Part shown: one piece after another, positions 1-13,700 of the stretch
How positions within the stretch are numbered: position 1 is the stretch's first letter
Layout: each line of letters opens with the position of its first letter
NCBI RefSeq assembly: GCF_964213995.1
Contig: NC_135804.1
Location: 68,262,001 to 68,326,000 of the forward strand
DNA from: Mustelus asterias
Taxonomy: Eukaryota
DNA length: 64,000 bases
Direction: 5' to 3'
Program-made: the position numbers and the translations under genes
Notes under the pieces: generated by a model
What the model saw: the letters and a program-made list of their open reading frames with translations, nothing else
Database searches by the model: none
Told to the model about the DNA's origin: nothing

Positions 1-149
1 AGCAAATCGAAATGACAGAAGGAAAGATATGAAACATCGGTACAGATCAGGTGTAAATGATAGAGTAATGAAAAATTGCCGAATGACACGAGCGAAAAAC
101 ACGAGCGGAAGAACGTTGACATCGATACGTGCAAGGAAAAGGTTACAAA

Positions 150-830
150 ATGTGGGGGATGTGAGAAAGAGTGGAAAGATTAGTGCATGACATTCGTGAA
201 CGTAATAATGAATCCAGAAGAATGTACAGTGCCTAATTCAAAGGTGAGATTCTGTTCTTTGACCTTGAGAAGCCCTTCACTGAGGGCACAGATATCGAAG
301 TGAGAGAAATCTAAAGAATTAAAATGGCAGGCAACACGGTGAGCAGGGTAATGGTTGCAGACCGATATAGGTGTTTGGCAAAGTGTTTGGCCAGCCAATG
401 TCAAGGAAATGGCATTGTGAACAGCGAATACAGTATATTAAATTATAAGAGGTACAAATAAATCATCGCTCTCCCTGAAAGTTGTAACTGAGTCAGTCTT
501 GAGAAAAGAGAAGTTAAAATGGAGTCTTAATACCTTCTGCATTTGCGTGGAAGAAACAATGGGAAGGGGGCAGTGTAATGAGGATGATAGAGTTGCGAAT
601 AAGGTATTTCAGAATGAAATATTCTTTCGAAAGGCCGAAAGGGGAAGGGGTAGGAAGATCTGTTTGATGGTGCCATCGTGCTTCAGCAGTAGAAAATATT
701 GGAGAATGGTGGGTGCAAGTTAAGCACGATGTGAGCAGTGGTAATGTATGGCAGTGATAATTAGGAGAAGGCTTAAGGGAAAAGTTTGGTATCAATGTCA
801 GAAATGATCAAGCGCCCTGTGAAGAAAGAC
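150..830 (-). mobile_element. Degraded Penelope-like element fragment (GIY-YIG C-terminal region)
   Basis: ORF 180-404 (SVCNHYPAHRVACHFNS...KEQNLTFELGTVHSSGF) resembles the 'PVACHFNS...LEEQHLIFRLGTLQPSGLN' tail of fish Penelope/Poseidon GIY-YIG domains; boundaries approximate. Confidence 0.6.
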
Positions 831-949
831 ATTCCTGTTTGTGCATCATGGGAATAAAGAAGAAAAGGTTATTTATTTTCATTGTTGTTGTTTTTTCCAA
901 GGCTCCCTTGACTTCATCTCATGTGGAGATTTTCCCAGCATGGCTTCAC

Positions 950-1215
950 AACTCATCATCCTTCAGCTCTGAATACATTGCTTCTCTTCCTTTCCAAAGG
1001 TGTACCAGCATGACTGCCCTGTAAGGCATGTCATTTCGGGCCATTCCTACCAAATGATCTAATTTCGTCTGATCCTAATTATACTTTTTCTGCCTGCATC
1101 CGTTTTCCTCCATGTTCCATCTGTAACTTTTCTGATGCACCCTGTCACTTTAAAATACTACAAATTCCTAGGCCTAATGGTCCCATCTTCACCATGGACA
1201 TCTGATCTTTGCACA
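950..1215 (+). mobile_element. Degraded Penelope-like RT fragment
   Basis: ...ttcctaggcctaatggtcccatcttcaccatggacatctgatctttgcac resembles the 'FPGPN..LFTMDVQSLY' RT motif; many stops. Confidence 0.4.
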
Positions 1216-1437
1216 TTTTAATCACCTTATTCACGCCTGAAAAGTGACAAAGTAATTTGTCGTCAAATAAATTTTAAGTCCAAATCAATTTGTGTTAAGC
1301 TAATGTAATGTCAAGAATAACAAGGAAAAAGCTGACTGCAAAGGAGAAGCACAAAAATGCCGTATTCTCATTTTAATGAAGAATATAGGTTTATTGAATA
1401 TTAAGCTGTTGGGTACAAGAGGAAGGTTTCAAACTAA

Positions 1438-1740
1438 TTATGGATTTTTCCAAAAAGTAATCTGTGTCGCTATTATGGCTAGAAAACGATTCATAAGACA
1501 AAGCAATACCAATTTCTGCATTTGTCTGCTCATGCACATTGTCATGTAAAATTTTGGCGACAGAATCACAATGAAGTTGTATTGGCTCACATGAGTTTTG
1601 ACACATTGATCCCTATATTTAGAAATGTTAGATGATGTTTCCTCTCGTCGTAGATGGTCTCTGCCGTTAGCTTTTAGATTATTCTCTGGTAACTGAACAT
1701 ATCCTGATCTCTGGTTCTTCAATTTAGCCGTTTCTTTTTC
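1438..1740 (-). CDS. Gene A candidate terminal cytoplasmic exon (EKETAKLKNQRSGYVQL...)
   Basis: Acceptor tctcttgcag| at 1741, phase 0, open to stop at 1438; SxYxxL (SGYVQL) and SxYxxI (SQYNFI) motifs; AATAAA on minus strand at 1390-1395. Confidence 0.4.
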   Translation of the reverse strand, partial: EKETAKLKNQRSGYVQLPENNLKANGRDHLRREETSSNISKYRDQCVKTHVSQYNFIVILSPKFYMTMCMSRQMQKLVLLCLMNRFLAIIATQITFWKNP

Positions 1741-4700
1741 CTGCAAGAGACGAACAATTCTAATGCGGCATATGTGAGATCGGTGTCTACTGTGGCGTGT
1801 TTTATCTACAAAGCAAGTGGTGGGAAATCCAATTAGCCCGTTTGCGTCTTCTATTCTCTTGCTAATCAAAGAGTCAATTACAATTCAGAATGTTGACATG
1901 TAAAGCGAAATTTCTCCTGCCCCAATGATGAGCGTTTTATTATTGTTTCTTCTCTACTTACATGGGCATACACTGTCACATCCTCTTGGCACTTTAGTCC
2001 CTCAGTTTTCATTGACCTGGTCAAAGGTTAATGCAACGTAAGGAGCCATCTCATTTTCTGATCTCTGAATTAATTGTAAAATGATTAATGTTATCTGGTG
2101 TCTTCATTAGCGGATTCATACTGTTGGCTGTGCATTGTACAACGAACGGAACAAACTGTAATACTAAATCCCGAGGAGCAAACTGAAATGCTACCAGTTA
2201 AAATTGGTTTCCTTACGTCTCTCAAATTTAACTGCATGTAATTCGTTCATTATATGTTATACTTCCTTTCCAATACACGTCGTACATAGGTAAAATACAT
2301 TATCGTCATGTAAGTTATCTCTTCGTGCTGTTTGGAGGGGCATAACAAAAACTTGCATTTATCAGGTAATTTGAATGCAATTATATATTCTTAAGCACTT
2401 TACAGAAGTATTATATTAGTAAACAAAATATGAAACTGATCACAAGTAATTATTGGGACTAAGTTAGATTGAGGCACCATCCTTAAGGACGACATCCAGA
2501 CTTGGTTGGCAGTTGGCAAGTAGGGAAAGCAGTAGCGTGGTGGTATTGTTGTTTTACTAGTAATCTAAGAACCCTCTTAATGGGCTGGGAACCCAAGTTC
2601 GAATCTCAACACGATGGTGAAATTTGAATTCAATAATAATCAGCAATTAAAAGTATTATGATGAACATGAAGCCCTGGTCAATTGTCATAAATACCGTCA
2701 CTGATGTCCTTTAGAGCAGGAAATCTATTGTCATTGTTTGGTTTGGTCTGCATCAGAGTCCAGACCCACAGCAGTGTGATTCACTCTTAAATAGCACGAG
2801 GGATGGGCCATAAATGCTGGCCCGGCCAGCAACGTCCAAATGCCATGAAGGAATTTTTAAAAATCGGGACACGTGCCAAATAATGACGATCTCTAACAAG
2901 GGAGCATTTAAGCATCATACCTTGACATTCAATGGCATTACCATTGTTGAATCCCCCCACTATCAGCAACCTGGGGATTAGCATTGCCCAGAAATTGAGC
3001 TGCAGTAGACAAATAAATACTGTGACTACGAGAGTGGATCAGAGGCTAGGAATCCTGCTTGGAGGAAATCACACCCTGACTCCCAAAAGCCTGTCCAACA
3101 CCTCCATAGCACCAGTCAGGACTGTCATGGAATGTTCTCCACTTATCCGGATGAGAGCACAACAATGCTTAAATATCTCCATGCTATCTGGGAAAAAACA
3201 GCCCGCTTGATTGGCACCCCATTCACAAACAACCATCAACCATTTACACTGGCAGCAGTATGCACCATCTACAAGGTGTACTGCAGGAACTTAGCAAAGA
3301 TGTTTAGGCATCACCATCAAAACCCATGACCACAATAAGTAAGAAGGAAAATATCAGCAGCTACCTGGGAACACCACCTGGATATACCCCACCAAGTCAA
3401 TCAACATAATCTTGGAAATGTATCACATTCCTTTCTATCACTGCACGAAATCCTAGAACCTGAAGAATCCTGAAGAGCACTGTGGATGTATGTACACTGC
3501 ATGCACTGCAGCGGTTCAAGAAGCAGATCACTTTTGAATGACAATTATGAAAGGGCAATAAATGCTGGCTTGACCAGGTATGCCCTCATAACATTAGAGA
3601 ATAAAAGACAGAAATATGTTTGGAAAATTGTGGACGTTTAGGGAAGGAATTCAAGAGCACATAATCTTAGCTGCTGAAGAATGATCAATAATGATGAAGA
3701 GATTAAAATCAGTGATACTCAACGGACCAGACTGGGAAGAGAGCAAATAGTTCAGAGCACTTCTGTGAAACAGGAAAAGATTACCAATACATCCGGCCGA
3801 TGGTCTTGGAGGCATTTGCAAACATAAATGAGAATTTTAAAATCGAAGTATTGCTTAACTGAGAGGTATCATAGATACGTTTCCAAACGTTGATGGTTGA
3901 ATGAGGCTCAGTGAGAATAAGGCCAAAAGAGCCAGATACTTGTATGGTTTCAAATTTATGAAGGTTGGAAAGTGGGAGGCTAGTTACAGATGTATTGGAA
4001 GTCTCCTGTTCATAAAGAAAGTGGTGTGTTTCAGAAGCAGATGGGCTGAGGCAGGTATGGAATCAATTGGTTTTGCGAAGGTCCAAACAGGCACTGTTAG
4101 TGATGGTGTTGATATGTGGCTGGAAGTTCATCCTGGAGAGAAGTGTGACAGCAAATGTGAAAACAGTCTGGTTCGACCACAGACAGTGGGCAGGCAGACA
4201 GATCAATTCGGCTGCTATGGACCAAAGCCTGCAGTTCAGCATGAAATCATTGACTTCATAGAATTATAGAATCAAGTCTGCACCACCAAAAATCCTACCC
4301 AGGCCGTATCTCCGTAATCCCATATATTGACCCTGCTAAACCCCTGACACTAAGGGCCAATTTAGCATGACCAAACAGCCTAACTCGCACATCTTGGGAC
4401 TTTGTTTTTTTCCCAATATTTAATGTGATTCATTGAATCCTGTATTGGAATTCGGAAAGGCAGCGTAACAATTTAGACCAAATAGCGAAGCCGAGAATAA
4501 GAAACGATTGCCGGGTACCCCCAGTGTACTTATTCGAGCTGACGTTATATTTCTGTTGTTTGCACCAACATGCTGGTGAGAGACGGGTACGGATGTGGGG
4601 ACGAGGCGAGATCCTTGAGGTCAACGGAGATAATGATGCAGTAGTGCCAAGAGAAGACACTTCAATTGAGTCTATAGTTATGTTTCAATCGAAACAAATT

Positions 4701-7700
4701 GTACCAGAGTATGTAGTGTGAAAAAGCCAGACGACGGTGAATGACCGGCATACACGTCGAGAAAGATGGACGAAGACAGCTTAACTTTGTGACAGTCATG
4801 TCGGACGTCATGTATCACTTTGCGAAGAATATTTTCATATGATGCTGGAGAAGAAAGCTGATTGAACAGATTTAAATGGAAAGATATGCACAGTAGGTCC
4901 TTAGCACAAAGGCCAAACAATGCCTGAATGTGTTTTGCCGGTGCATATGTCGGCATGTCTGTACATTAAACTTTACGTTATTGTTACTGCCTGCATTAGA
5001 ATTGTTCTACGTGCATCTGAGGGAAACATCCAGAACGATATGTGGAGACAACAATACATTTTGGAAAGAAAAACATAGAATTTTCTTGCCCATGTTTGAA
5101 AATGTATTTTGAAACAGTTTTCCCTTCTGAAGTAATGTGAGACATTTCAGTATCATAGATAGTTATATCTACCAAAGCATATCATATTTAATCTAATCGC
5201 CAATTTTATGTTAATACGGAATGAATAATAACACTTACCTGATTGGTTGGGTGTTCTGTTCTCTCCATGGAATTCACTTCTCCTGGTCATTGATAAAATT
5301 AAATTGTTCCCATTATCTATTTGTTAATATGCTTGCCCAATATTCCAAACCCATCCCAGGTTAGGTTTAATCGACAGTATAATGTAATGCCCTTCTTAAG
5401 GGCAACTAGAGATAGGCAATAAATGCTGGCCAGCCAGCGACGTCCATGTCCCCCGAATGAATTTTTAAAAATGTAATGTTCTGTTACACAAGCAAAAACT
5501 TATTAGGTAGTACCATTACCCAAATTGCCATCTCAGGCCTTGGTCAACGTTTTGATTTCAATTCCTGTGAAGTTCCATGTGGTGAAGCGACTTTTACCAG
5601 TAATAAACTTAAAGCCTGAAGTTAGGTAATAAATCTTATCTGATCTCCTAATGGGCATGCACTTTGTATTAGATAGAACCATCAAATTACTCCAAATAAA
5701 TATGAACTTTTAAAATTCAAAACGAGAAACTAGTTCCCACGAAGTGAAGGAAATCTCTGCCCCTCGCTGCAGCGGAACAAACTCGGAGGCAAAATTTCCA
5801 GAGTGGCTTGGTGTCATTAGCCAAACTAAATCGCATCCATTTACAAGGGAGCAGAAATAAACTAAAATTTAAATTTTGGTTCTCATGGTGCTAAGGCGCC
5901 CTGACATGCATCACTGCCGAATAAATACTTTAGAAATTTAATTTGCATTTTGATACAAGGAAATGTTGCCGCTATTTGAGCACGGAAAGCTCTCACATGC
6001 AGTGATGTGATAAATAAGCAATTAAATTGACCTGTCCTTGTCAGGTTGGAGATACACGTTTGAAAGGCGGCCGAGAGACTTTTCTGGCTCTCTCTCAAAC
6101 AGCGCCATGGAATATTTTACATGCACTTCATCCAGTAGATGAAATCTTAGTTCAGGGTATTATCTGAAATCAATCCCTCAGTTCTGCACTCGTTTATGTG
6201 TTTCGTGCTCCAAATTATTAATATGAGTTTGGAGGGCAGCCAATTGGACAAGCATATTAGCTTACTTCAATGCTTCCCGATATGCCCTCATCTTATCAAC
6301 GAAGTATAAGGAGGTTCCATTGGAAATGAAATCAATTGCACTATTTCCTACCTTTACATTTTGTTACTGGATGTATCTTCCTCAAAATTATCACGAGCAA
6401 TAGAATCATGATTCCACCTCCTGTGGATCCATAGACTTGTGTGTACCACAGTACATTGTCATCTCCTGTAAAATGAATATTAGAAATAAAACTTGAGGTT
6501 CTACCAGTGTTGTACATTCCCACCCTTCTGTCTCGCCTACCATCGTTTCAAAATTTCACTGTCATTGAGTTCCATTAAAAATAAAACGACTGCTAAGCAT
6601 GGCATGAGCCTTTAATCTTTCTTTTCAATTTCAATTCCTAGTTCAATATACATAAGGCAATTTTAATACTGCAATTTTGAAAGGCCGATTTCTTCACTGC
6701 CCATGAACAATACTCAAAGAGATCATGTTAGCAATTTAGCATTGGACGAATGATACATTGCACCTAACCAAGAATGAAGTACAAAATATGTTTCCCAGAT
6801 TAATTCCCAATTTTGGTTAGCCTGTTATGCTGGTTCGACAATACAACATGGTGACTTTTACTGCAGCCCGAATTTTATTTACAGCATTTTGTAACTTAAG
6901 TTAGATTTTGAACCCATCATTGTCAGATCAGTATTCCTGCCTACTGGTTTCTACTCCCGACCAGAGCAAATGCATTAACGTAGCCCAGATTTTAAGGAAG
7001 AAACTTTTAACATAAAATTGATTTGCTGACAGCTTTAGATCTGGTTAGTTAATAAATCCACATTATTAAATATTGAAATGTCACTGATGTATTTTGAAAA
7101 GAATGTGGAAAAATGGCGAGGATTGTCCATGATATTAGAGATCAAGTCCGCCTCAATGATAACACTCTCGCCTCATGGGACGAAGGAAGCGACTTGAAGT
7201 CCTTCTTCTGTTGCCCATCAAAATTTGAAAATACATCAATATCCCTTCACTGGAGTTTGGTCAAAAACCTGAAAGTTTCTATCAGTACAGCATTGTGGAT
7301 GTACGTTGGCTAGCTAAATTGCAACACTTCAAAAGTATGTGCACAAAATCTTTGGAGAGAAACAGGGATAGGAAATAATTGTTGGTCTTGTCAATGACTT
7401 GCAGAAGTTAAAGCAAAATCTAAGTACGAATATTATCTTGTTATTTTTTAGCCCGAAGATGAATTCTTATCCAATGAAAATATGTATTCATCAACTGCCC
7501 TTTTTCATTCGTCTGAACTTTTTTTGTACCTCCAGTGTTATTTAAAATAAATCGGTAGGCGACGGCCATTCGAACGTTGAGATGAGATGATTCGCAGGTA
7601 TACGTAGTCGCGTTTTTAACAGGATGTGCTTCTTCCAGAGTGCTGGAAAATTCGTATGGACCCCTAATATTGAGTTGTAGGACTGTGCTTATCCCGATCC

Positions 7701-10700
7701 CAACATTCACGTCATTGTTATACCAAGTAATAGATATATTCCCAGGGTAAAATTCAGCAGATTTACACAGAAGAATCAGAAAAGCCGACGCATTACGTTC
7801 AATCTCACGCCAGTGAATCCGGAGTGGAGTTGGGGGAACTGTGGAACAAGTTACAAAAGAGAGGAAAACTCGATGATGAAAACTCAATGGTGGATCAGCA
7901 TCGATGCGAAATGAATACTTTGTACGGAGCAAATGGGAGGTTCATTTAGATAAGCATTTGACTTTTTTGGACTGTGTGACTAACAGACCATGCTGATCTT
8001 ACATACCACAACAAATTAAAGATTACCGGATAGAAATTTACAGTGAGACACTAGATGAGCTAAAGAATAATATCGTCAGTAGTGATGGAACATCTATAAA
8101 TGCAAGATAAAACAGGATGGAAGAATTTGAAATTATTTTATCAAATAAAAAATTTCAACATGATACACGAAACATATAAAACATTCAATCTCAAATGTGG
8201 TGTGAAATTCTTCATATATTACAGGGCTACATTTTTTTGAATGAAATAAAGATTGAATCATGATGAATTTGCTGAAATGCTGTTCACAACAGCACACCGC
8301 ACACCAGACATCTGAATTTGATATTTTTAAGAAATGTGCAGGGAGAAGATGTAACAAACTCAAATTCAGATACAGCTCTGAAGTAAGGGTAAACGGGAGG
8401 CTAATTTGAAAATGCAGTGAAGAATCGTTACTTCTATAGGTCACATGGAATGCATCTAATCAGCATCGTGATTGAAGTTCTTGCGGGACGATTTGCTCGT
8501 GCTATTGGGAAATGTTAAAATTAACTTACTGAAGTTGTAGGAACAAGGAGGAATTTTCGCAGTTGAATGCTGAGGTGATAGAGAGAAGTAGAGAAGAAAT
8601 GATGAGTAAGAGAGAAAATATGAGTCTAAATACTGATTAATGTGCATGAATCTAAATATGCTGTGCATAGTTCATAAAATTAGTAAATTGCCGGTGCAGG
8701 TTGCTGTTGCGGCCATAACGGAGACCTGACACAAAGGGAAGGGTTTGGTGTTACGTATTTGTAGTATAATTGTTCGGGGATAATATGGAAGAAAGAGGAA
8801 GCGTGATGGTATTGATTAAGCAAAGTATTGTAATCCTGGAGGATATCATAAAATGGTTAAGTGAATAACTTATTTTGCTGGAGCTAAAGGCGGTGCAAGT
8901 ACATTTTTCGATGTAATCCAGAGGACACCAACGAGTTGACGGTATGTAGAGGTACAAAATTGTGAAGAAATCAAAGGTATGTGCAAGAATTAAAGAGCAG
9001 TTTATAATGAGGGAGTTCAATTATCGGAATATAAACTGGAATAGAGGTAGTGCAAAGGGGCAAGAGGGGCAACAATCCATAGAGTGCGTTGAGGGCAATT
9101 TTCTGCAACAGTATGTTTCCATCCCTATGATAGTAGCGGGATGTGGGAACTGCCTTTGTGAATGAGGTGGACAAGTGGATCAAATATCAGTCGAAGAACA
9201 TGTTGCGGAAAGTTTTTGTTTTATCATTAGTGTAACCCCCTGCTGACAACTATATGCTCTGACCAGCTGAGTTAAGTAAAGCAATACCTGGGATGTGCTT
9301 GATGTTATAAGGGGCTACTATGTAAATGTTCAATTAACAGGATCCTGAGTTCTTAGCGGTTGGTGTTGAGCTAGGCTAAATTTCCTATTTACCAATAAAT
9401 GTCAGTACAGGCGTCAATCAAAAGGATTAGTGTATGCAGTTGCAAGCTAGAGTAATAACCTATTAATAATAGCATGGTGCCTCCTAAACTGGTAAGTATG
9501 TAACCCTTATAATAAGAAAAGGTTCAGGACAACCATGCAAAAGGAATAACAAAAGTGAATTTATTTTCTTGCATTGTTGCGTCTCAGAAAACAGGTTAAG
9601 AGTCCCAAACTAAAGATTTTTCAATTAAACAGTTTCAACCCTGAGAAATGTTCAAAATATTACCAAGCACTTGGATTTATAAACGTTGGGGCCCATACGT
9701 TGGTGCACATATGAAGAAAACACACCCTCAACAACACAGTGCTGATACCGTTCAGTGTCTGATAGTATAGTCTCCAGTTACTCATGCAACCACGACACAC
9801 ACAGTCCAGAAGGGTCTGCGAGCAGGAAGATGATGCAGCAGGAATACAAAATGCAGCAAGCTGTCAGCGTAGTGGTGCAGGTCCAGTGCACTGAAGTCTG
9901 TCCTCCGAGGCAGTGCTACTTAGCAAGTTAGCTTCAGCTAATCCTCATTCTCTCCGTCTTCTCAGTGAAAATTACGCCCGGCGTTTATAGCTGACTGTCC
10001 CTCACCGGCAGTTTCTAGCATAAACGTCGACGCTTGAGAGTACAAGCTTTACACTTTTACTCAACAGTAATGAAAATAACAAACAGGACTAAACCTTGCT
10101 GCCTTTCACTTCAAACTGGAAAAAACGAGTTACTAAACTGTGATAAACACGAGCTTTAACTCCACTGTAACATATGTGCCATACTGTGAAGTATGTTAGT
10201 GTACAAATATTATTTGCCTCGGCGTTAAAACTGGGTTTTTATCGCATGGAAACAGATCCTCTTTCCCACGTGTGTCTGCCCACTCCAGCTTCCTCTGTCT
10301 CCCGCCGTTTTTCTTTTTCCCTCCCCCTAAGTAAGCTGATTGGCTTAAAGTGCAGCTCTCTCGAAAACGGATTGGCTCAGCTTACATCACTCAAACAAAC
10401 AGTCTCTGTTCACGGTACTTGGCCCAGTAAACAGGATATTGAAACTCACAAGAAAACAAAGAACAATGGTAAATGTCTTTTTCATTAAATTTACCCATAT
10501 TTCAAGAAAACATACTCTTTTCATTTTTCTTTCATTTATCCTTTTTTCAGGCCCCTACATAAGGTTTAGAGTGGCAATAGAAAAAAGAGAATAACAATTT
10601 AAATTAAGATTAATTAACTGTCAGAAATCCGACGTCAATGGAAAAGAATTAATCTGGACAAAATAAGGTGGATCAAAGCTTGGCAGGAAAGAAAAGCTAA

Positions 10701-13700
10701 GCAAACATTCGAAGCAATGGTAGATCGAGCAGTGTCATCCAATATCCCCTCGAAATGGAAATATATGTTAAAGCTGCTCTCTGGATGACAACAGAGGCAG
10801 AGGTTAAGATGAAGATTGAAAAGAATTATACGCGTATGACAGATGTCAGGTGGATAATATAATGGAGAACCAGATTGAATATAAAAAGTTCAGACGTGGA
10901 GTGACAAAGCAAATCAACAGAAGCAATGAAGAAGTGTGAAAAGAGACTGGCAGATCAAATAGAAGGAATACAAATATATTGTGTAGGCATATAAATAAGA
11001 TAAGTTTGGTAAAAGAGGAGTTGCACTGATTGCAGGCCAAAATGGGAATTTGTGCTTGGAGACCAGAGAGGGAGGGGCTGAGGAATTAAAGAGAGGAAAT
11101 GATTTAAGATTGATAAAGAAGGTGGATTAGGTAGACTGTCATACTTAAATGCACCAGGGCAGTATGAGATGTATGGAAGGATACTGAGATAGGTGTGAGG
11201 GTAAATGGCAGATGCACTGGTTATAATTTTCCAATCTTTCGCAAATCAGGGATGGTGGCAGAAGGCTAGAAATTTGCCAATTGAACATTTGTTCAAAAAC
11301 GAGTTGAAAGATCATTCCAACAACTCTTGACCTTGCAGTTGAACTTCCGTGGAGGGAAAACTTCCAAACGCAATAACGCTGTTCAACTGTGGTAAATTTA
11401 GAAAAAAAATCAGGACGGATTTTTTCAGGGAAAATCGTGTGTCACGAACTTCCTGGATTTTTTAAAGAATTAAGAGAGGGTTGATGAGTGAAATTTTGTT
11501 GAAGTGGTCCACATGGATATTCAAAAAAAATTGTAATACTTTTGCATAACAGAACTGTGAACAAACTCAGAACTATTGTAATAAAAGGGAAAGTAACAAC
11601 ATGGATACAGAATTGACTGAGTAACAAGAAATACGGAACACCAGTTGATTTTTTTTGTTTTTTTTAAGGCAGGAGAAACATTTGTATTGGAGTTCCCCGC
11701 GTGTCAGTGTTGGGACACTATATGCATTAATAACACAGGTTTTGGTGTACAAGGCACTATTTCACCATTTGCGGATCAAACACAAACATGAAGCAATGTG
11801 AAGTTTCAGAAGGATAATTAGGAACCTTAAACGGGGCATATAGAAGTTTGTGGAAAGGGTAGGCGCCTGCCAGATGAGCGTCAATGAAGAGAAATATTTA
11901 TTCATATTGGTAGTAGAACATAAAGGGTACAACTCTGATGCAGACACCGGAGCAGGGAAGATCGATATATAAATGCCTAAGTCATTGACGATGGCGGAAT
12001 GAGAGATGTGTAAATAAAATATACAGTATCCAAGGCATTCTTAATAAGGACATAGAATAGAAGAAAAAGTTGTATACGTTGAACATGTCTCAGGCATCGT
12101 TGCGACCTCAGATGGATATTATATTGAGTTCTGGGTACCATAATTTAGGAAAAATATGAAGACATTGGAGAGAGTGCGGAAAAGATTCACGAGAACGATT
12201 CTTGGGTTGAGGAATTTCATTTAAGATGATACAAATGTCTGGACTATTTTCCGTGGCAAAAAAGAATACTGCGATGAGATTTGATCGAGGTATTTAAAAT
12301 TATCAATGGTCTGAACAGAGTATTTCAAGAAAAAGCCTTAAATTAATGAAAGGTTGGAAAAGGAGGCGGGATAAATTTAAAGTAATTCGTAAAATAAGCA
12401 AAACCGACACGACGAAATTTTTTTTCACGCAGGGGATGATTCAATTCTTTCACGCAGGAAAACTTTTGACGCCAGGAGGTTCAATCACAGCATTCAAAAT
12501 AGAGTCAGATTGCTATTTGAAACAGAAGGGTGTAGGGACAAGGAGGGAAAATGGCAATCGTGTGTTGCTCATCAAAGAGCTGGTGATAGCACGACGAGTC
12601 ATATCGCCTCATTCTGCGCTGTAACAAATCTGTCATGTCTGTCATTCTGAGTGAGTGCCCCTATGGGCGGCACGGTGGTAAGTGGTTAGCACTGTTGCCT
12701 CACAGCACGGAGGGCCCGAGTGCGATTCCGGCCCTGGCTATTGTGCGAACGTCCGCTGAATTGCCGATAAGTGTCCCAAGATGTGCGAATTAGCAGGGTA
12801 AATACAGGAGGTTGCGGAAATAGGGTGGGCTGCTCTGCCGAAGAGTTGGTGCAAATTCGAATTGCTTCCTTCTGCACTGTCGGGAATCTAGGAATTATCT
12901 GCATTAATTTGTCATAAGAGTGAAATGATTAAATTTTACCATTGAAAGTCGAACAGTCACCCTCGCTAAAATATATTTAATTATTTTATTCGTATCACAA
13001 GTAGGCTTACATTAACACTACAATTAAGTTACTATGAAAATCCCCAAGCCGACACACTCTGACACCTGTTCAGATACATTGCGGGAAATTCAGCAGGGCC
13101 AATGCACTTAAACAGCACATCTTTCGGACTGTGGGATGAAAGTGGAACACCCAGAGGAAACCTACGCAGACACGTGAGAACGTGCAGACTCCGCATAGAC
13201 AGTGACCCAAGCCGGGAATGAACCGTAGACCTCTGAAACTGTGAGGCAGCAGTGCCAAGCACTGTGCCACTGTGTTTAACTAAATCCAGAAAACAATATG
13301 ATACACTTCTCGTTCATTTAGTGCATAGAATATATCTACGTAAATATAGGTATTGAAAATGATTTTAGCCTTGATTCCAAGTAATATAGTATATGAGTCC
13401 TCAAAGTATATTCAGAAAAAAAATCTTACCCAGCATGTTGTTGGCTTTTGTGTGTGTATGTGTATGTCTCTGTCTGGTGAATATGTTTATGTAGCCATTC
13501 CACTTGCCATTGACAACTAGCTTTGATCCAGTCCCATTTGCAATCACACTGTCAGAATGTTTCACTCCGCAGTAGTAAACTCCTGAGTCACCACTGCTAA
13601 TATTCAGCAGCTGTAAAGTGGCCTCTCCTTTTTTCAAGTTTCGTGTTCTGTTGTCTTCACATGACGGCAAAAATTGCTCTTCTCCTAATTTCCACCAATG

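Noticed and set aside
4524-4721. Plus-strand 65-aa ORF in a CpG-rich patch
   Set aside because: No recognisable domain or splice context; overlaps the likely gene A tail/3' UTR on the other strand
13540-13560. Heptamer-like GACAGTG in the CDR3-equivalent of gene A V exon
   Set aside because: Mismatch at the essential CAC, no nonamer seen at 12/23 spacing, and absent in gene B; likely chance
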